Notes: generated by a model not told the origin, from the letters alone. Counted from the stretch's first letter, positions 10,141 through 20,609 are shown. The stretch: DNA of 64,000 nt from Candidatus Limnocylindria bacterium (GCA_036262075.1 DATAJO010000013.1:1553-65552), one strand, 5' to 3'. Made by a program: numbers and translations.

Positions 10141-11073
10141 ATGAGCCGCGCCTGCCAGCGCTGCGGCGCGACTCGCGAGGGCTCGCGCTTCTGCCCGAGC
10201 TGCGGGCTCGACTTCTGGCAGGCGGCGGCCGGCCAGGGTGAATCCGCCCCAGGCGAGCCGGTCGCCACGACCGCGACGGCGCCGACCAGCGGTGGAGGCG
10301 TGAGCATCGGCCTCATGGCCGTCGCCGCGGGCGTCGTCCTCCTGCTGGTCGCGGCCGGCGCGTGGGTCCTCCTGGGCCGGACCCCGGTGCCGCGCACCGC
10401 GGCCGAGACGCCGTTTGGCCGCCCCGCGACGCACCCGCTCATCCTCTCGTTCTTCGCCGAGGCCCGCGATCCCGATGCGGCCTTCGCCCTCCACCAGTCC
10501 GGCGAGGTGCGGGTGACCGGCTTCGACGAGGAGCTCATCAGCCGGGTCGAGGCCGAGGGGCGCCTCGACGCCGACGACTGGATCGCGACGCTGCGGCTCG
10601 CCGACTCGGGGATGCCGCCGTTCACGGGCGAGATGGCCGTCATCAGCAGCCACGTCTACGCCAACGTCGACGGAGAGGGCTGGACCGAGGGCGAGCGCGT
10701 GCCGAGCGCCTACCTCGGGCCGATGAACCCGTTCGCGCGCATCGCGACCGTCGCGGAGCTCGACTACGTCGGCCCGGAGACCCGGGACGGCGTCGCCGGG
10801 CACGTCCTGACCACCGACAGCTGGATCAGCGACCCGGAGCTCGACGACCCGCTGCGCCGCATCGCCCACGTCACCCTGCGCGAGTCGCTCATGGAGATCT
10901 TCGTCGACGACGCGGGCGTGCCGCTGTCCGCGTTCCACACGTTCCGCCTCGAGGCACGGACCCCCGACGGTGAGGACGTGGTGATGACCGGCCGCACGCG
11001 CTACACGTTCACCGACTGGGGCGACATCGAGCCGATCGTGCCGCCCACCCCGAACCCGTCGCCCACGAGCTGA
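10141..11073 (+). CDS. zinc-ribbon-anchored membrane protein (hypothetical)
   Basis: N-terminal CQRCG...CPSCG zinc ribbon, one TM helix (LMAVAAGVVLLLVAAGAWVLL) and an acidic extracytoplasmic domain. No recognisable family. Confidence 0.45.
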   Translation: MSRACQRCGATREGSRFCPSCGLDFWQAAAGQGESAPGEPVATTATAPTSGGGVSIGLMAVAAGVVLLLVAAGAWVLLGRTPVPRTAAETPFGRPATHPLILSFFAEARDPDAAFALHQSGEVRVTGFDEELISRVEAEGRLDADDWIATLRLADSGMPPFTGEMAVISSHVYANVDGEGWTEGERVPSAYLGPMNPFARIATVAELDYVGPETRDGVAGHVLTTDSWISDPELDDPLRRIAHVTLRESLMEIFVDDAGVPLSAFHTFRLEARTPDGEDVVMTGRTRYTFTDWGDIEPIVPPTPNPSPTS

Positions 11074-11125
11074 CGAAGTGCCGGCCCGACCGAGGGCCAG
11101 CACGCCCGCGGCGTATGCTGCGCCG

Positions 11126-12082
11126 ATGAGCGTCGCCGCGATCCTCTCGCACGCCGATGGCAGCGACGAGGCGATCGACATCGCGACGTGGCAGCCGAGG
11201 CCGATCCGGCCCGAGGAGCTGCTCTGGATCGACGCCACCGCGCCCAGCGCGGACGACGTGGCGGCCATCGCCCGGGCGCTCGGCCTCGGCGACGAGCTGG
11301 GCCGGCGGCTGGACGACGAGACGACGCGACCCAGCCTCACCGTTCACAGCGGGGCGGTCGAGGTCGTCGTCCGCGCGCCGGGCGAGTCGCTCGAGGATCG
11401 GCCGCGCGGCCTGCGCATCCTCGTCGGCGAGGAGTGGATCGTCACCGCGCACGCCGAGCCGCTCCCGTTCCTCGACGAGCGTCGCGAGCGTATCCAGGAC
11501 CAGCGCGAGGTCGGCCGGCTGACGCCCGTCCAGTTCCTGGTCACGCTCCTCACCTGGCACGTCGACGCCTACCTGCAGGCCGCCGAGCAGCTCGAGAACG
11601 ACGTGGATCGGCTCGACGACGCTGCCCTGCGGACCGAGGACGACCTGCTCCAGCGGCTCGTCGACATGCGGCGGCGCATCGCGCGCGTGCGCCGGATGCT
11701 GGTTCCGCATCGAGAGGTCGTCGCCGAGCTCGCGCTGCCCGTCGTGTTCGGCGACCTCGAGCCGGCGGAGCGAGAGGCGCTCGGCGCGATGGTGGCCCGG
11801 GTCGAGCGCGCCGTGGATGCCGTGCTCAACGCGCGCGAGATGCTCATCGGGACGTTTGACATCCACATGACGCGCACGGCGCAGCGCACGAACGACATCG
11901 TCCGGGTCCTCACCTGGGCGTCCGTGGTCCTGCTGCCGGCGAGCGTCCTCGCGGGCGTCATGGGCATGAATTTCCACGTCGGATTCTTCGACGACCCGAC
12001 GATGTTCTGGGTCGTCCTCGGCGCGATGATCCTCATCGCGGTCGTGACGCTGGCGCTCGCCCGCTGGCGACGCTGGCTCTAG
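11126..12082 (+). CDS. corA: magnesium/cobalt transporter CorA
   Basis: GMNF signature in the penultimate TM helix and an acidic N-terminal cytoplasmic funnel domain; the ATG at 11126 gives a 318 aa product. Confidence 0.85.
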   Translation: MSVAAILSHADGSDEAIDIATWQPRPIRPEELLWIDATAPSADDVAAIARALGLGDELGRRLDDETTRPSLTVHSGAVEVVVRAPGESLEDRPRGLRILVGEEWIVTAHAEPLPFLDERRERIQDQREVGRLTPVQFLVTLLTWHVDAYLQAAEQLENDVDRLDDAALRTEDDLLQRLVDMRRRIARVRRMLVPHREVVAELALPVVFGDLEPAEREALGAMVARVERAVDAVLNAREMLIGTFDIHMTRTAQRTNDIVRVLTWASVVLLPASVLAGVMGMNFHVGFFDDPTMFWVVLGAMILIAVVTLALARWRRWL

Positions 12083-12163
12083 GCCGGCTGCCCGGCAGGA
12101 GCGGGGAGCGGGGTACAATTCGGGCTCCCCACGACGCGCACACACGAGGAGCCGATTCGCCGC

Positions 12164-15109
12164 ATGGCCACGAGCACCCGAAAGGCCCGCCGCAACGACG
12201 CCGATGCGCGGGCAGGCACTCCCGAGAAGCTGATCTACACGTTCGCCGAGGGCAACGCGAGCATGCGCTCGATCCTCGGCGGCAAGGGTGCCGGCCTGGC
12301 GGAGATGACGAACGCCGGGCTGCCGGTCCCGCCCGGGTTCACGATCACGACCCAGGCCTGCAACGCCTACTACGAGGCCGGACGCCAGCTTCCGCCGGGC
12401 CTGTGGGACGACATTGTGGCCCATATGCACGAGCTCGAGCAGCAGACCGGCAAGGGCTTCGGCGACCCCGAGAACCCGCTCCTCGTCTCGGTCCGCTCGG
12501 GCGCCGCGTTCAGCATGCCGGGCATGATGGACACGGTCCTCAACCTCGGGCTCAACCCGGACACGGTCCAGGGGCTCATCCGCCTCACCGGCAACGAGCG
12601 CTTCGCGTGGGACGCCTGGCGCCGCTTCGTGGCGATGTTCGGGCGCATCGTGCTCGGCCTCAAGGCCGAGGACTTCGACGAGCCGTTCGAGGAGCTGAAG
12701 CACGAGGTCGGGGCCAAGCTCGACACCGACCTCACCGCCGAGCAGCTGCGCGACATCGGCAACCGCTTCACCGAGATCGTGGAGGAGAAGACGGGGGAGC
12801 CGTTCCCGACCGATCCGTATCGGCAGCTCGAGCTCGCCGTGCGTGCCGTGTTCGACTCCTGGTTCGGGAAGCGGGCGCACGACTACCGCGAGTTCAACAG
12901 GATCCCGCACGACCTCGGCACGGCGGTGAACGTCGTGACCATGGTGTTCGGCAACATGGGCGAGGACTCGGGCACCGGGGTCGCCTTCACCCGCGACCCG
13001 AATACCGGCGAGCCGGTCCTCTACGGCGAGTACCTCACCAACGCCCAGGGCGAGGACGTCGTGGCCGGCATCCGCACGCCGCAGAAGATCAGCCAGATGC
13101 GCGAGCAGATGCCCGAGGTCTACGCGCAGTTCGAGGAGATCGCGAAGAAGCTCGAGGCCCACTACCGCGACATGCAGGACCTCGAGTTCACGATCGAGCG
13201 CGGCACGCTCTACATGCTCCAGACGCGCTCCGGCAAGCGCACCGCGCCGGCCGCGGTGCGGATCGCGGTCGACATGGTCAACGAGGGCCTGATCACCAAG
13301 GAGGAGGCCCTCCAGCGCGTCGACCCGGGGCAGATCGTCCAGCTCCTGCTGCCGCGCTTCGACGAGGCGGCCAAGGAGAAGCTCGCCGATCGGCTGCTGG
13401 GCAAGGGCCTGAACGCCTCGCCCGGCGCGGCCGTCGGCCAGGCGATCTTCGATCCCGATCGGGCGGTGGCGGCCAAGGAGGCCGGCAACCCGGTCATCCT
13501 CGTCCGCATCGAGACGTCGCCCGACGACGTCCACGGCATGCTCGCCGCGAAGGGCGTGCTCACCGCGCGCGGCGGCGCGACCTCGCACGCGGCGGTCGTG
13601 GCCCGCTCGATGGGCCTGCCCTGCGTCGCCGGCGCCGAGTCCCTGAAGATCGACTACGCCAAGCGCGAGATGCGCGCCGGGTCGGTGACCGTCAAGGAAG
13701 GCGAGATGATCTCGATCGACGGCACGACCGGCGAGATCTACGCCGGCGAGCTGCCGACGATCGAGGCGAAGTTCGAGGACGAGCACCACCTCGCCACGCT
13801 CCTGTCGTGGGCCGATGAGGTCCGCCGCCTCCAGGTCTGGGCCAACGCCGACTATCCGCGCGACGCGGAGCGCGCGCGGGCGTTCGGCGCCCAGGGCATC
13901 GGCCTGTGCCGGACGGAGCATATGTTCTTCGAGGAGGATCGGCTGCCCACCGTGCGCCGCATGATCCTCAACGCGCATGCCGCCACGGCCGCCAAGGCCA
14001 AGGACGAAGAAGCGCGAACCGAGGAGGAGCGCACGTCCATCCGGGTCTTCGACGAGGCGCTGGCCGAGCTCGAGAAGCTCCAGACCGATGACTTCGCCGG
14101 CCTGTTTCGGGCCATGGACGGGCTGCCGGTGGTCATCCGGCTCATCGATCCGCCGCTGCACGAGTTCCTGCCCTCGTACGAGGAGCTGGTGGCCGAGACG
14201 ACCCGCCTCCAGACGTCGCTCGAGCTGATGAACGGGCCCCTGGGCGTCGATGCCGGCCTGGTGCAGCAGGGCCTGGTGAAGCTGTTCGGCACGAAGGACG
14301 CCACGCGCGCGATGCGCAAGCTCGGCATGTCCGAGCCGGAGCCGGCGCTCCAGAAGTCACCCGCCACGGATCGGCCCGCACTCGAGAAGCAGCTGGCCGA
14401 GAAGACCGAGCTGCTCCACGCCGTCGAGGCGATGCGCGAGCAGAACCCGATGCTCGGCCTGCGCGGCGTGCGGCTGGGGCTCATGGTGCCCGACATCGTG
14501 AAGATGCAGACCCGCGCCATCCTCGCCGGGGCGGCCCGCGTCGCCGCCGAGGGCCGGACGCCGCTGCCCGAGATCATGATCCCGCTCGTCGGCCATGTGA
14601 ACGAGCTGCGCGAGACGCGCGACATCCTCGAGGCCGAGGTGGCGCGCATCGTCGAGGCCTCGGGCCAGCAGGTGAGCTACAAGTTCGGGACGATGATCGA
14701 GGTCCCGCGCGGCGCGCTGACCGCCGACGAGATCGCCGAGCACGCCGAGTTCTTCAGCTTCGGCACGAACGACCTGACCCAGATGGGCTTCGGCTACTCG
14801 CGCGACGATGCGGAGGGCAAGTTCCTCATGCAGTACGTCGACCGCAAGATCCTGCCGGAGAACCCGTTCCAGGTCCTCGACGCGGCCGGCATCGGCCAGC
14901 TCGTGCGCATCGGCGTCGAGAAGGGCCGTGCCACGAAGCAGGACCTGAAGATCGGCATCTGCGGCGAGCACGGCGGCGACCCGCAGTCGATCGCCTTCTG
15001 CCACGAGGTCGGGCTGAACTACGTGTCCTGCTCGCCGTTCCGCGTCCCGGTGGCGCGTCTCGCCGCGGCGCAGGCCGCGATCGCGAAGACCGAGGCGAAG
15101 GACAAGTAG
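12164..15109 (+). CDS. ppdK: pyruvate, phosphate dikinase
   Basis: 981 aa with the ATP-grasp N-domain, the phosphohistidine motif GGATSHAAVVARSMGLPCV, and a PEP-utilising C-domain (ICGEHGGDP). Confidence 0.95.
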   Translation: MATSTRKARRNDADARAGTPEKLIYTFAEGNASMRSILGGKGAGLAEMTNAGLPVPPGFTITTQACNAYYEAGRQLPPGLWDDIVAHMHELEQQTGKGFGDPENPLLVSVRSGAAFSMPGMMDTVLNLGLNPDTVQGLIRLTGNERFAWDAWRRFVAMFGRIVLGLKAEDFDEPFEELKHEVGAKLDTDLTAEQLRDIGNRFTEIVEEKTGEPFPTDPYRQLELAVRAVFDSWFGKRAHDYREFNRIPHDLGTAVNVVTMVFGNMGEDSGTGVAFTRDPNTGEPVLYGEYLTNAQGEDVVAGIRTPQKISQMREQMPEVYAQFEEIAKKLEAHYRDMQDLEFTIERGTLYMLQTRSGKRTAPAAVRIAVDMVNEGLITKEEALQRVDPGQIVQLLLPRFDEAAKEKLADRLLGKGLNASPGAAVGQAIFDPDRAVAAKEAGNPVILVRIETSPDDVHGMLAAKGVLTARGGATSHAAVVARSMGLPCVAGAESLKIDYAKREMRAGSVTVKEGEMISIDGTTGEIYAGELPTIEAKFEDEHHLATLLSWADEVRRLQVWANADYPRDAERARAFGAQGIGLCRTEHMFFEEDRLPTVRRMILNAHAATAAKAKDEEARTEEERTSIRVFDEALAELEKLQTDDFAGLFRAMDGLPVVIRLIDPPLHEFLPSYEELVAETTRLQTSLELMNGPLGVDAGLVQQGLVKLFGTKDATRAMRKLGMSEPEPALQKSPATDRPALEKQLAEKTELLHAVEAMREQNPMLGLRGVRLGLMVPDIVKMQTRAILAGAARVAAEGRTPLPEIMIPLVGHVNELRETRDILEAEVARIVEASGQQVSYKFGTMIEVPRGALTADEIAEHAEFFSFGTNDLTQMGFGYSRDDAEGKFLMQYVDRKILPENPFQVLDAAGIGQLVRIGVEKGRATKQDLKIGICGEHGGDPQSIAFCHEVGLNYVSCSPFRVPVARLAAAQAAIAKTEAKDK

Positions 15110-15116
15110 CGGGACG

Positions 15117-15791
15117 CTAGGGAGCGGCCTCGGACGGCGGGGGAGCGGTCGGCACCGGCGTCGGCGTCGGGATTCGGCTCGGAAGGATCGGCGTGGCCGT
15201 TGCCGCCGGCGTCGGCACCGCGGTCGCTGCGGCGGTCGGAGCGGTCGTGGCCGTCGGTGACGGAGCCACCGGTGTCCCGGTCGGGGTCGCGCGGGGCGTC
15301 GTCACCGGGGTGAGGACCGGGGCCGTGGTCGGGACCGGCTGCGGCTCGGCTGACGTCGCCGCGCTCGCCGTCGCGCTCGGGTCCGCCGTCTCGTCCGCCG
15401 ACGAGGGCGTGGCGGTCGGCGTGGGCGGGGTGCCGCCGAGGACGCCCTGGGCGAAGGCCGTCGGCGTCGGGGTCGCGATGGCGGCGAGGTTCGTGCCCTG
15501 CCCGAACCGCAGGACGCCCGTGCCGATCACGATGGCGGCCCCGATGAGCGCCACCGAGGCGATGCCGGCGAACGCCCGTCCGGCGCGGAGCGCGACGGAA
15601 GCACCGTCGCGCGCCGCCACGATCGGAGGCTCGGGCGCCATGCCCACGTCGATGGCGCGCAGCGCGTCGTACCCGGCCGCCACGGCCAGGCAGCGCGGGC
15701 AGCCCGACGCGTGGAGCACGATGTCGCGCGGTGGCTCGCTCTCGGCGCCCGCCGCCACCCACTCGGCGAACGTGGCGTGCAGGTCGATCAC
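15117..15791 (-). CDS. ZAS-type anti-sigma factor with TM helix and Pro/Thr/Ala-rich extracytoplasmic tail
   Basis: HASGCPRC (Hx3Cx2C) zinc-binding anti-sigma motif, one TM helix, and a long PT-rich low-complexity C-terminus. Translationally coupled to the upstream sigma gene by an ATGA overlap. Confidence 0.55.
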   Translation of the reverse strand: MIDLHATFAEWVAAGAESEPPRDIVLHASGCPRCLAVAAGYDALRAIDVGMAPEPPIVAARDGASVALRAGRAFAGIASVALIGAAIVIGTGVLRFGQGTNLAAIATPTPTAFAQGVLGGTPPTPTATPSSADETADPSATASAATSAEPQPVPTTAPVLTPVTTPRATPTGTPVAPSPTATTAPTAAATAVPTPAATATPILPSRIPTPTPVPTAPPPSEAAP

Positions 15792-16327
15792 GTGATCGCG
15801 CGCCTCGCCGCCGCGTGGAGCCGGTCGATGGTCGGGCCCTCGGGCGGCACCAGGCCGAGCGCCATGGCGCGGGCCGCCAGGAAGCGCTCGGTGCCGCGCT
15901 CGACGAGCCGGGCAAGGCGACGGCCCTCGACCCCGACGATGGTCGCGACGTCGCGCGGGTCGAAGCCCTCGGTGATCGTGGCGATCACGGCCGCGCGGCT
16001 GGCGACGTCGAGCGACGCGAGCGCGGCCGCCGTGGCGTGGTCGACGCCGAGGAGCTCGAGCGTGCCCGAGGCGCGCGGCGCAGGACGGCCGGCCCGCCGG
16101 GCGGCGCCAACCACCCGCGCCCGAAGCCAGGCCGCGCCACGCTCCGGGTGGCGCAGCGCATCGGCCCGAGCCGCACCGGCGGCCAGCGCCTCGGCGGCAA
16201 GGAGGGCGGCACGGTCGGGATCCAGGGTGAGGAGCATCGCGAAGCCGTGCAGCCGGCGGCCGTGGAGGTCGCGGAAGGCAGCGGCGAGGGCAGCCTGATC
16301 GGGCACGACGCCGGTGCGGTTGGGCAC
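15788..16327 (-). CDS. ECF (sigma-70 family group IV) RNA polymerase sigma factor
   Basis: Region 2-like FAMLLTLDPDRAALLAAEAL and region 4 HTH (LASLDVASRAAVIATITEGFDPRDVATIVGVEGRRLARL). Only the 3' ~540 nt of the 15788..16894 ORF is credible; the start is tentatively the GTG at 16327. Confidence 0.6.
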   Translation of the reverse strand: MPNRTGVVPDQAALAAAFRDLHGRRLHGFAMLLTLDPDRAALLAAEALAAGAARADALRHPERGAAWLRARVVGAARRAGRPAPRASGTLELLGVDHATAAALASLDVASRAAVIATITEGFDPRDVATIVGVEGRRLARLVERGTERFLAARAMALGLVPPEGPTIDRLHAAARRAIT

Positions 16328-16403
16328 GCGGTCCTCCGACGGAAACGAGGGGTCCGGGTCACCTGGGTGGTGTGAGATGGAGTCTAGCGCGAGCGCATCG
16401 GCC

Positions 16404-16463
16404 TTGCCCACGACTTGACAACGGCGTAGAATTAGCGTCGAGGACTTGACAAACCCCTTGACA
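16404..16463 (+). promoter_or_regulatory. candidate dnaG-rpoD promoter region with three direct CTTGACA boxes
   Basis: TTGCCC-17bp-TAGAAT at 16404-16432, followed by TTGACA copies at 16415, 16446 and 16458 in an unusually AT-rich stretch upstream of dnaG. Confidence 0.3.
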
Positions 16464-16486
16464 TGCAGGTGCCGTCCTGAGGGGAA

Positions 16487-18334
16487 ATGCGGCGCTCCGA
16501 GGTCCACGCCATCTCCACCCCTTCCGGCATCATCGCCGAGATCAAGTCGAAGATTCCCGTCGTCGAGCTCGTGGGCGAGACCGTCGCGCTGAAGCGGGCG
16601 GGCTCGGTCCACAAGGGCCTGTGCCCGTTCCACGGCGAGAAGACGCCCTCGTTCGTCGTCACGCCGGAGCGCGAGACGTGGCACTGCTTCGGCTGCGGGG
16701 AGCACGGCGACATCTTCACGTTCCTCATGCGCCGCGACGGCCTCGACTTCCGGGAGGCGCTGGCCCGGCTCGCCGAGCGCGCCGGGGTCGAGCTGTCGGA
16801 GCGGACCGCGCGCGAGGATCGCCGGCGGGCACGGCTGCGCGAGGCGCTCGAGGCGGCCATCGCCTGGTATCGGGAGGTCCTGCTGCAGGCGCACCAGGCC
16901 CAGCGGGCGCGCGAGTACCTCGCCGAGCGCGGCTTCAGCGACGAGACGCTCGAGCGCTTCGGCATCGGCTATGCGCCGAACACGTGGGAGGCGCTCTCGA
17001 AGCGGCTGCGCAGCAAGGGCTTCGGCGACACCGAGCTGATGGAGGCCGGCCTCGCATCACAGTCGAATCGTGGCGGCGTGTACGACCGCTTCCGGGGCCG
17101 GATCATCATCCCGATCCGCGACCTGTCGGGCCGGGCGATCGGCCTCGGCGGCCGGATCCTGCCGGATGCCGAGGGGCCGAAGTACCTGAACTCGCCGGCC
17201 ACGGCGCTGTTCGACAAGAGCCGGACGCTGTACGGCATCGACCTCGCCAAAGCCTCGATCCGGCGGGAGAAGCTGGCGGTCATCGTCGAGGGCTACACGG
17301 ACGTCATGGCCGCGCACCAGGCGGGGTTCACGAATGTCGTGGCCAGCCTCGGGACGGCGCTCACCGCCGGGCAGGTCGAGCTCGCCAACCGATTCGCCGA
17401 TGCGGTCGCGCTCGCCTACGACGTCGACCTCGCCGGCGAGGCGGCCACGCAGCGCGGGCTGCTCGAGGAGCTCGGGCCGGTGGTGAGCAAGGTGCGCGTC
17501 ATCCGCATCCCGGCCGGCAAGGACCCCGACGAGTTCATTCGCTCCGATCCGGACGGGTGGCGCCGGGCCATCGCCGCGGCCGAGGAGCTGCTGCCGTACT
17601 TCATGCAGCGCGCCGCGTCCGAGGTGGACCTGCGCCAGCCGCACGGCCGGAGCGTGTACACGCGACGGATGCTCGACCTGCTGCGGCGGATCCCGGACCG
17701 GGTCGAGCGGGACTCGTACGTGCCGCAGCTCGCGCAGCTGGCGAGCATCGACGAGCGGATCCTGCGCGACGAGCTGGCACGGGCGCCGCAGACCATGGCC
17801 ATCCGGCCGGTCGACGCGACCGATGGCCGGACCGACGACGGGCCACGGGTCGGACCGCTCGAGCGGGAGGCGCTGACGCTGCTCCTGCTCAACCCGAGCC
17901 TGGCCCGCGAGCTGCCGGACGGGCCGCTTCCGCTGCGGGACGCGGTCGCGCAGGCGCTGGCGCGCGCGTGGATCGATGCCGTCGCCGGGACCGACGGCAG
18001 CGTCGACCTCGAGGCGTTCGTGGCCGCGCTCGACCCGGCTTCGGCCGACCTGGCGCGCAGCCTGCTCGCATCGGCGCGACAGCGTGGCGTCCGCCCGAAC
18101 GCCGAGACCGACCGTGAGGCGCTGCGGGTGACGCTGCTCCGGCTCCGCGTGCGCGCGGCGGAGGAGCGGATGAGCGACCTGCAGGCATTGATCAGGGCAA
18201 GCACCGATGAGGGGGAGACCGATGACATCCGAAGCCTGGAGGGACAGTTCCAGGCGCTCACGCAGGAGCGTGAGCAGCTGGTGAGGGCGATACGGGGTCC
18301 GGCGGCCGTGGCCGCCGGCGAGAGGAGGAGCTGA
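16487..18334 (+). CDS. dnaG: DNA primase DnaG
   Basis: N-terminal zinc-binding domain ([13 protein letters not shown]...[11 protein letters not shown]), TOPRIM core ([11 protein letters not shown]) and a C-terminal helicase-interaction region. Confidence 0.9.
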   Translation: MRRSEVHAISTPSGIIAEIKSKIPVVELVGETVALKRAGSVHKGLCPFHGEKTPSFVVTPERETWHCFGCGEHGDIFTFLMRRDGLDFREALARLAERAGVELSERTAREDRRRARLREALEAAIAWYREVLLQAHQAQRAREYLAERGFSDETLERFGIGYAPNTWEALSKRLRSKGFGDTELMEAGLASQSNRGGVYDRFRGRIIIPIRDLSGRAIGLGGRILPDAEGPKYLNSPATALFDKSRTLYGIDLAKASIRREKLAVIVEGYTDVMAAHQAGFTNVVASLGTALTAGQVELANRFADAVALAYDVDLAGEAATQRGLLEELGPVVSKVRVIRIPAGKDPDEFIRSDPDGWRRAIAAAEELLPYFMQRAASEVDLRQPHGRSVYTRRMLDLLRRIPDRVERDSYVPQLAQLASIDERILRDELARAPQTMAIRPVDATDGRTDDGPRVGPLEREALTLLLLNPSLARELPDGPLPLRDAVAQALARAWIDAVAGTDGSVDLEAFVAALDPASADLARSLLASARQRGVRPNAETDREALRVTLLRLRVRAAEERMSDLQALIRASTDEGETDDIRSLEGQFQALTQEREQLVRAIRGPAAVAAGERRS

Positions 18335-18336
18335 GC

Positions 18337-20583
18337 GTGGCGACGGGCACGACCACCCGACCGAAGGCGACGGACAAGAAGCCGACGAAGGCGCCGGCCA
18401 AGGCGGAGACCACGGCGACGAAGACGACGACCGCGACCAAGGCGACGAAGGCGACGAAGGCGGCTCCGGCGGCGAAGGCCGGCGCCACGGCAACGAAGGC
18501 AGCGAACGCCACAAAGTCGACGACGAAGACGACGGCCGCGAAGGCGACCGACACCATGACGAGCACGAAGAAGAAGGAACCGACGATCACGAAGGCGAAG
18601 ACGACGACCACGAAGAAGACGAGCGCGAACGGCACCGCGGCCGAGACGAAGGCCACGAAGGCCGATACGAAGGCCGCGTCGAAGGCCGCGACCACGGCCG
18701 ATACGAAGGCCGAGAAGAAGGCCGATACGAAGGCCAAGGCACCCGGGAAGGACGCTAAGGCGACGAAGCGCTCGACGAAGGCGCCCGCCAGGGCGGGAGC
18801 GAACGGAAACGGCGCATCGGCGGTGGATGCCGAGGCCCAGGCCGCTGTGGTCAGCGGCCTGATCGAGCGTGGGCGCGAGGAGGGCTTCCTCACCCACGAC
18901 CAGATCCTCGAGGCGCTGCCGACCCCGGAGGCCCAGATGGGCCAGATCGAGGAGCTGTACGCCGCGGCCGAGGAGGCCGGCATCGAGGTCCTCGACGAGA
19001 CGAACCAGCCGACCCTCATCGGCGAGCGCGACGACGAGGAGGAGACCGAGGCGACCGCGACCGTCGAGGGTCCCGCGAAGCCGAAGGCGGGCGAGGAGGA
19101 CCTCGAGGCCCTCGCCGCCGACCTCATCGGCATCGACGACCCGGTCCGGATGTACCTCAAGGAGATCGGCAAGGTCGCCCTCCTCACCGCCGAGGAGGAG
19201 GTCGTGCTGGCCAAGGCGATCGAGCTCGGCGAGCTCATCGTCGCCGAGCCGGAGCGGGCGCTCGTCAACCTGTACGCCTGGGTCACGCTGGGGACCGAGC
19301 CGAAGGCCCGCTCGATGGCCGCGATGCGCGCCTTCGACCTGCCGCAGGAAGCGCCGCGCGTGACGCGCGACGCGATCGACTGGTGGTTCGGCCGGCGCCG
19401 CAAGACGATCGAGGTGCCGCCGATCAAGCTCTCCAAGGCTCGCAAGGCGCCGAACCTCGACGACGAGGCCCGGACGCGGCTCATGGAGGCCGAGTCGATC
19501 CTCAAGGTCCTCGCCGACGATCCGGCGCAGGGCCTGAAGGACGCGGTCCTGTTCGGGGCCACGTACCGCTTCAAGGCGATCAGCCACGCCGGCGCCGCCG
19601 AGCTCATGGAGCTCGAGCGCTGGGCGCGCGAGACGACCCAGAACATCGTCAAGGAGTACATCGAGTCCGGGCACGACGCCGAGTACCTGCTCAGCCTCGG
19701 CTACGACCCGACGATCCCGCCGGACGTCCCGCTCGAGAAGCGGAGCGGCCGGCTGGTCGAGCAGTCGACCGATGCGCGCAAGCGGCTGACCGAGGCGAAC
19801 CTGCGCCTCGTGGTCAGCATCGCCAAGAAGTACATCGGGCGCGGCATGAGCTTCCTCGACCTCATCCAGGAGGGCAACATCGGCCTCATCCGGGCGGTCG
19901 AGAAGTTCGACTACGAGAAGGGCTTCAAGTTCTCCACCTACGCGACGTGGTGGATCCGGCAGGCGATCACGCGGGCCATCGCGGACCAGGCGCGGACGAT
20001 CCGCATCCCGGTCCACATGGTCGAGACGATCAACCGTCTCATCCGCGTCAGCCGCACCCTGCTCCAGGAGCTCGGTCGCGAGCCGACCGTCGAGGAGATC
20101 GCGCGGCGCATGAGCCGCGACGAGATCATCCGCGAGCTGCGTGACAAGCTCCAGCGCGAGCCGACGGAGGAGGAGACCGATGCCCGCGTGGCGGAAGGCC
20201 CGCAGACGGTCTCGCCCGAGAAGGTCCGCGAGATCATGAAGGTCAGCCAGGAGCCGGTCAGCCTCGAGACGCCGATCGGCGAGGAGGAGGACAGCCACCT
20301 CGGCGACTTCATCCCGGACCTCGCCTCGGTAGCTCCGGCCGACGCGGCCAGCCACCAGCTGCTGAAGGAGCAGGTGGAGGGCGTGCTCGACTCGCTCACC
20401 CCGCGTGAGCGGCGGGTGCTCCAGCTCCGCTTCGGTCTCGAGGACGGTCGGTCGCGGACGCTCGAGGAGGTCGGGCGCGACTTCAACGTCACCCGCGAGC
20501 GGATTCGGCAGATCGAGGCCAAGGCCCTGCGCAAGCTCCGCCACCCGTCGCGGTCGCGGAAGCTCAAGGACTACCTCGAGTAG
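18337..20583 (+). CDS. rpoD: primary RNA polymerase sigma factor RpoD/SigA with Lys/Thr/Ala-rich N-terminal extension
   Basis: Region 1.2 ([17 protein letters not shown]), 2.x (LVVSIAKKY...[18 protein letters not shown]), 3 and 4.2 ([30 protein letters not shown]) all present; 748 aa in total. Confidence 0.9.
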   Translation: MATGTTTRPKATDKKPTKAPAKAETTATKTTTATKATKATKAAPAAKAGATATKAANATKSTTKTTAAKATDTMTSTKKKEPTITKAKTTTTKKTSANGTAAETKATKADTKAASKAATTADTKAEKKADTKAKAPGKDAKATKRSTKAPARAGANGNGASAVDAEAQAAVVSGLIERGREEGFLTHDQILEALPTPEAQMGQIEELYAAAEEAGIEVLDETNQPTLIGERDDEEETEATATVEGPAKPKAGEEDLEALAADLIGIDDPVRMYLKEIGKVALLTAEEEVVLAKAIELGELIVAEPERALVNLYAWVTLGTEPKARSMAAMRAFDLPQEAPRVTRDAIDWWFGRRRKTIEVPPIKLSKARKAPNLDDEARTRLMEAESILKVLADDPAQGLKDAVLFGATYRFKAISHAGAAELMELERWARETTQNIVKEYIESGHDAEYLLSLGYDPTIPPDVPLEKRSGRLVEQSTDARKRLTEANLRLVVSIAKKYIGRGMSFLDLIQEGNIGLIRAVEKFDYEKGFKFSTYATWWIRQAITRAIADQARTIRIPVHMVETINRLIRVSRTLLQELGREPTVEEIARRMSRDEIIRELRDKLQREPTEEETDARVAEGPQTVSPEKVREIMKVSQEPVSLETPIGEEEDSHLGDFIPDLASVAPADAASHQLLKEQVEGVLDSLTPRERRVLQLRFGLEDGRSRTLEEVGRDFNVTRERIRQIEAKALRKLRHPSRSRKLKDYLE

Positions 20584-20609
20584 CGCTCAGCGCGCTCGGA
20601 AGCCGATGC

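Noticed and set aside
8731-11340. 869-aa minus-strand ORF spanning the TPR/HTH/zinc-ribbon region
   Set aside because: It is antisense to better-supported plus-strand genes. Its translation is Arg/Gly/Pro-rich low-complexity sequence, typical of codon-position-3 GC skew in high-GC genomes, and it has no recognisable domains.
11009-14161. 1050-aa minus-strand ORF opposite corA and ppdK
   Set aside because: It is antisense to two strongly supported genes (the CorA GMN motif and PPDK). Its composition is dominated by R, G, D and L repeats.
15788-16894. Full-length 368-aa ORF as a single gene
   Set aside because: Only the C-terminal ~180 residues look like an ECF sigma factor. The N-terminal 190 residues are low-complexity, and that stretch contains the likely dnaG promoter region on the other strand.
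17416-20544. 1042-aa minus-strand ORF opposite dnaG/rpoD, and other long antisense ORFs (2565-3914, 3847-5253, 40195-43080, 50787-53279, 58285-60666, 60728-63127 and similar)
   Set aside because: All lie antisense to genes with clear conserved motifs. They have no start-codon context and show low-complexity, Arg-rich translations. They are high-GC artefacts.
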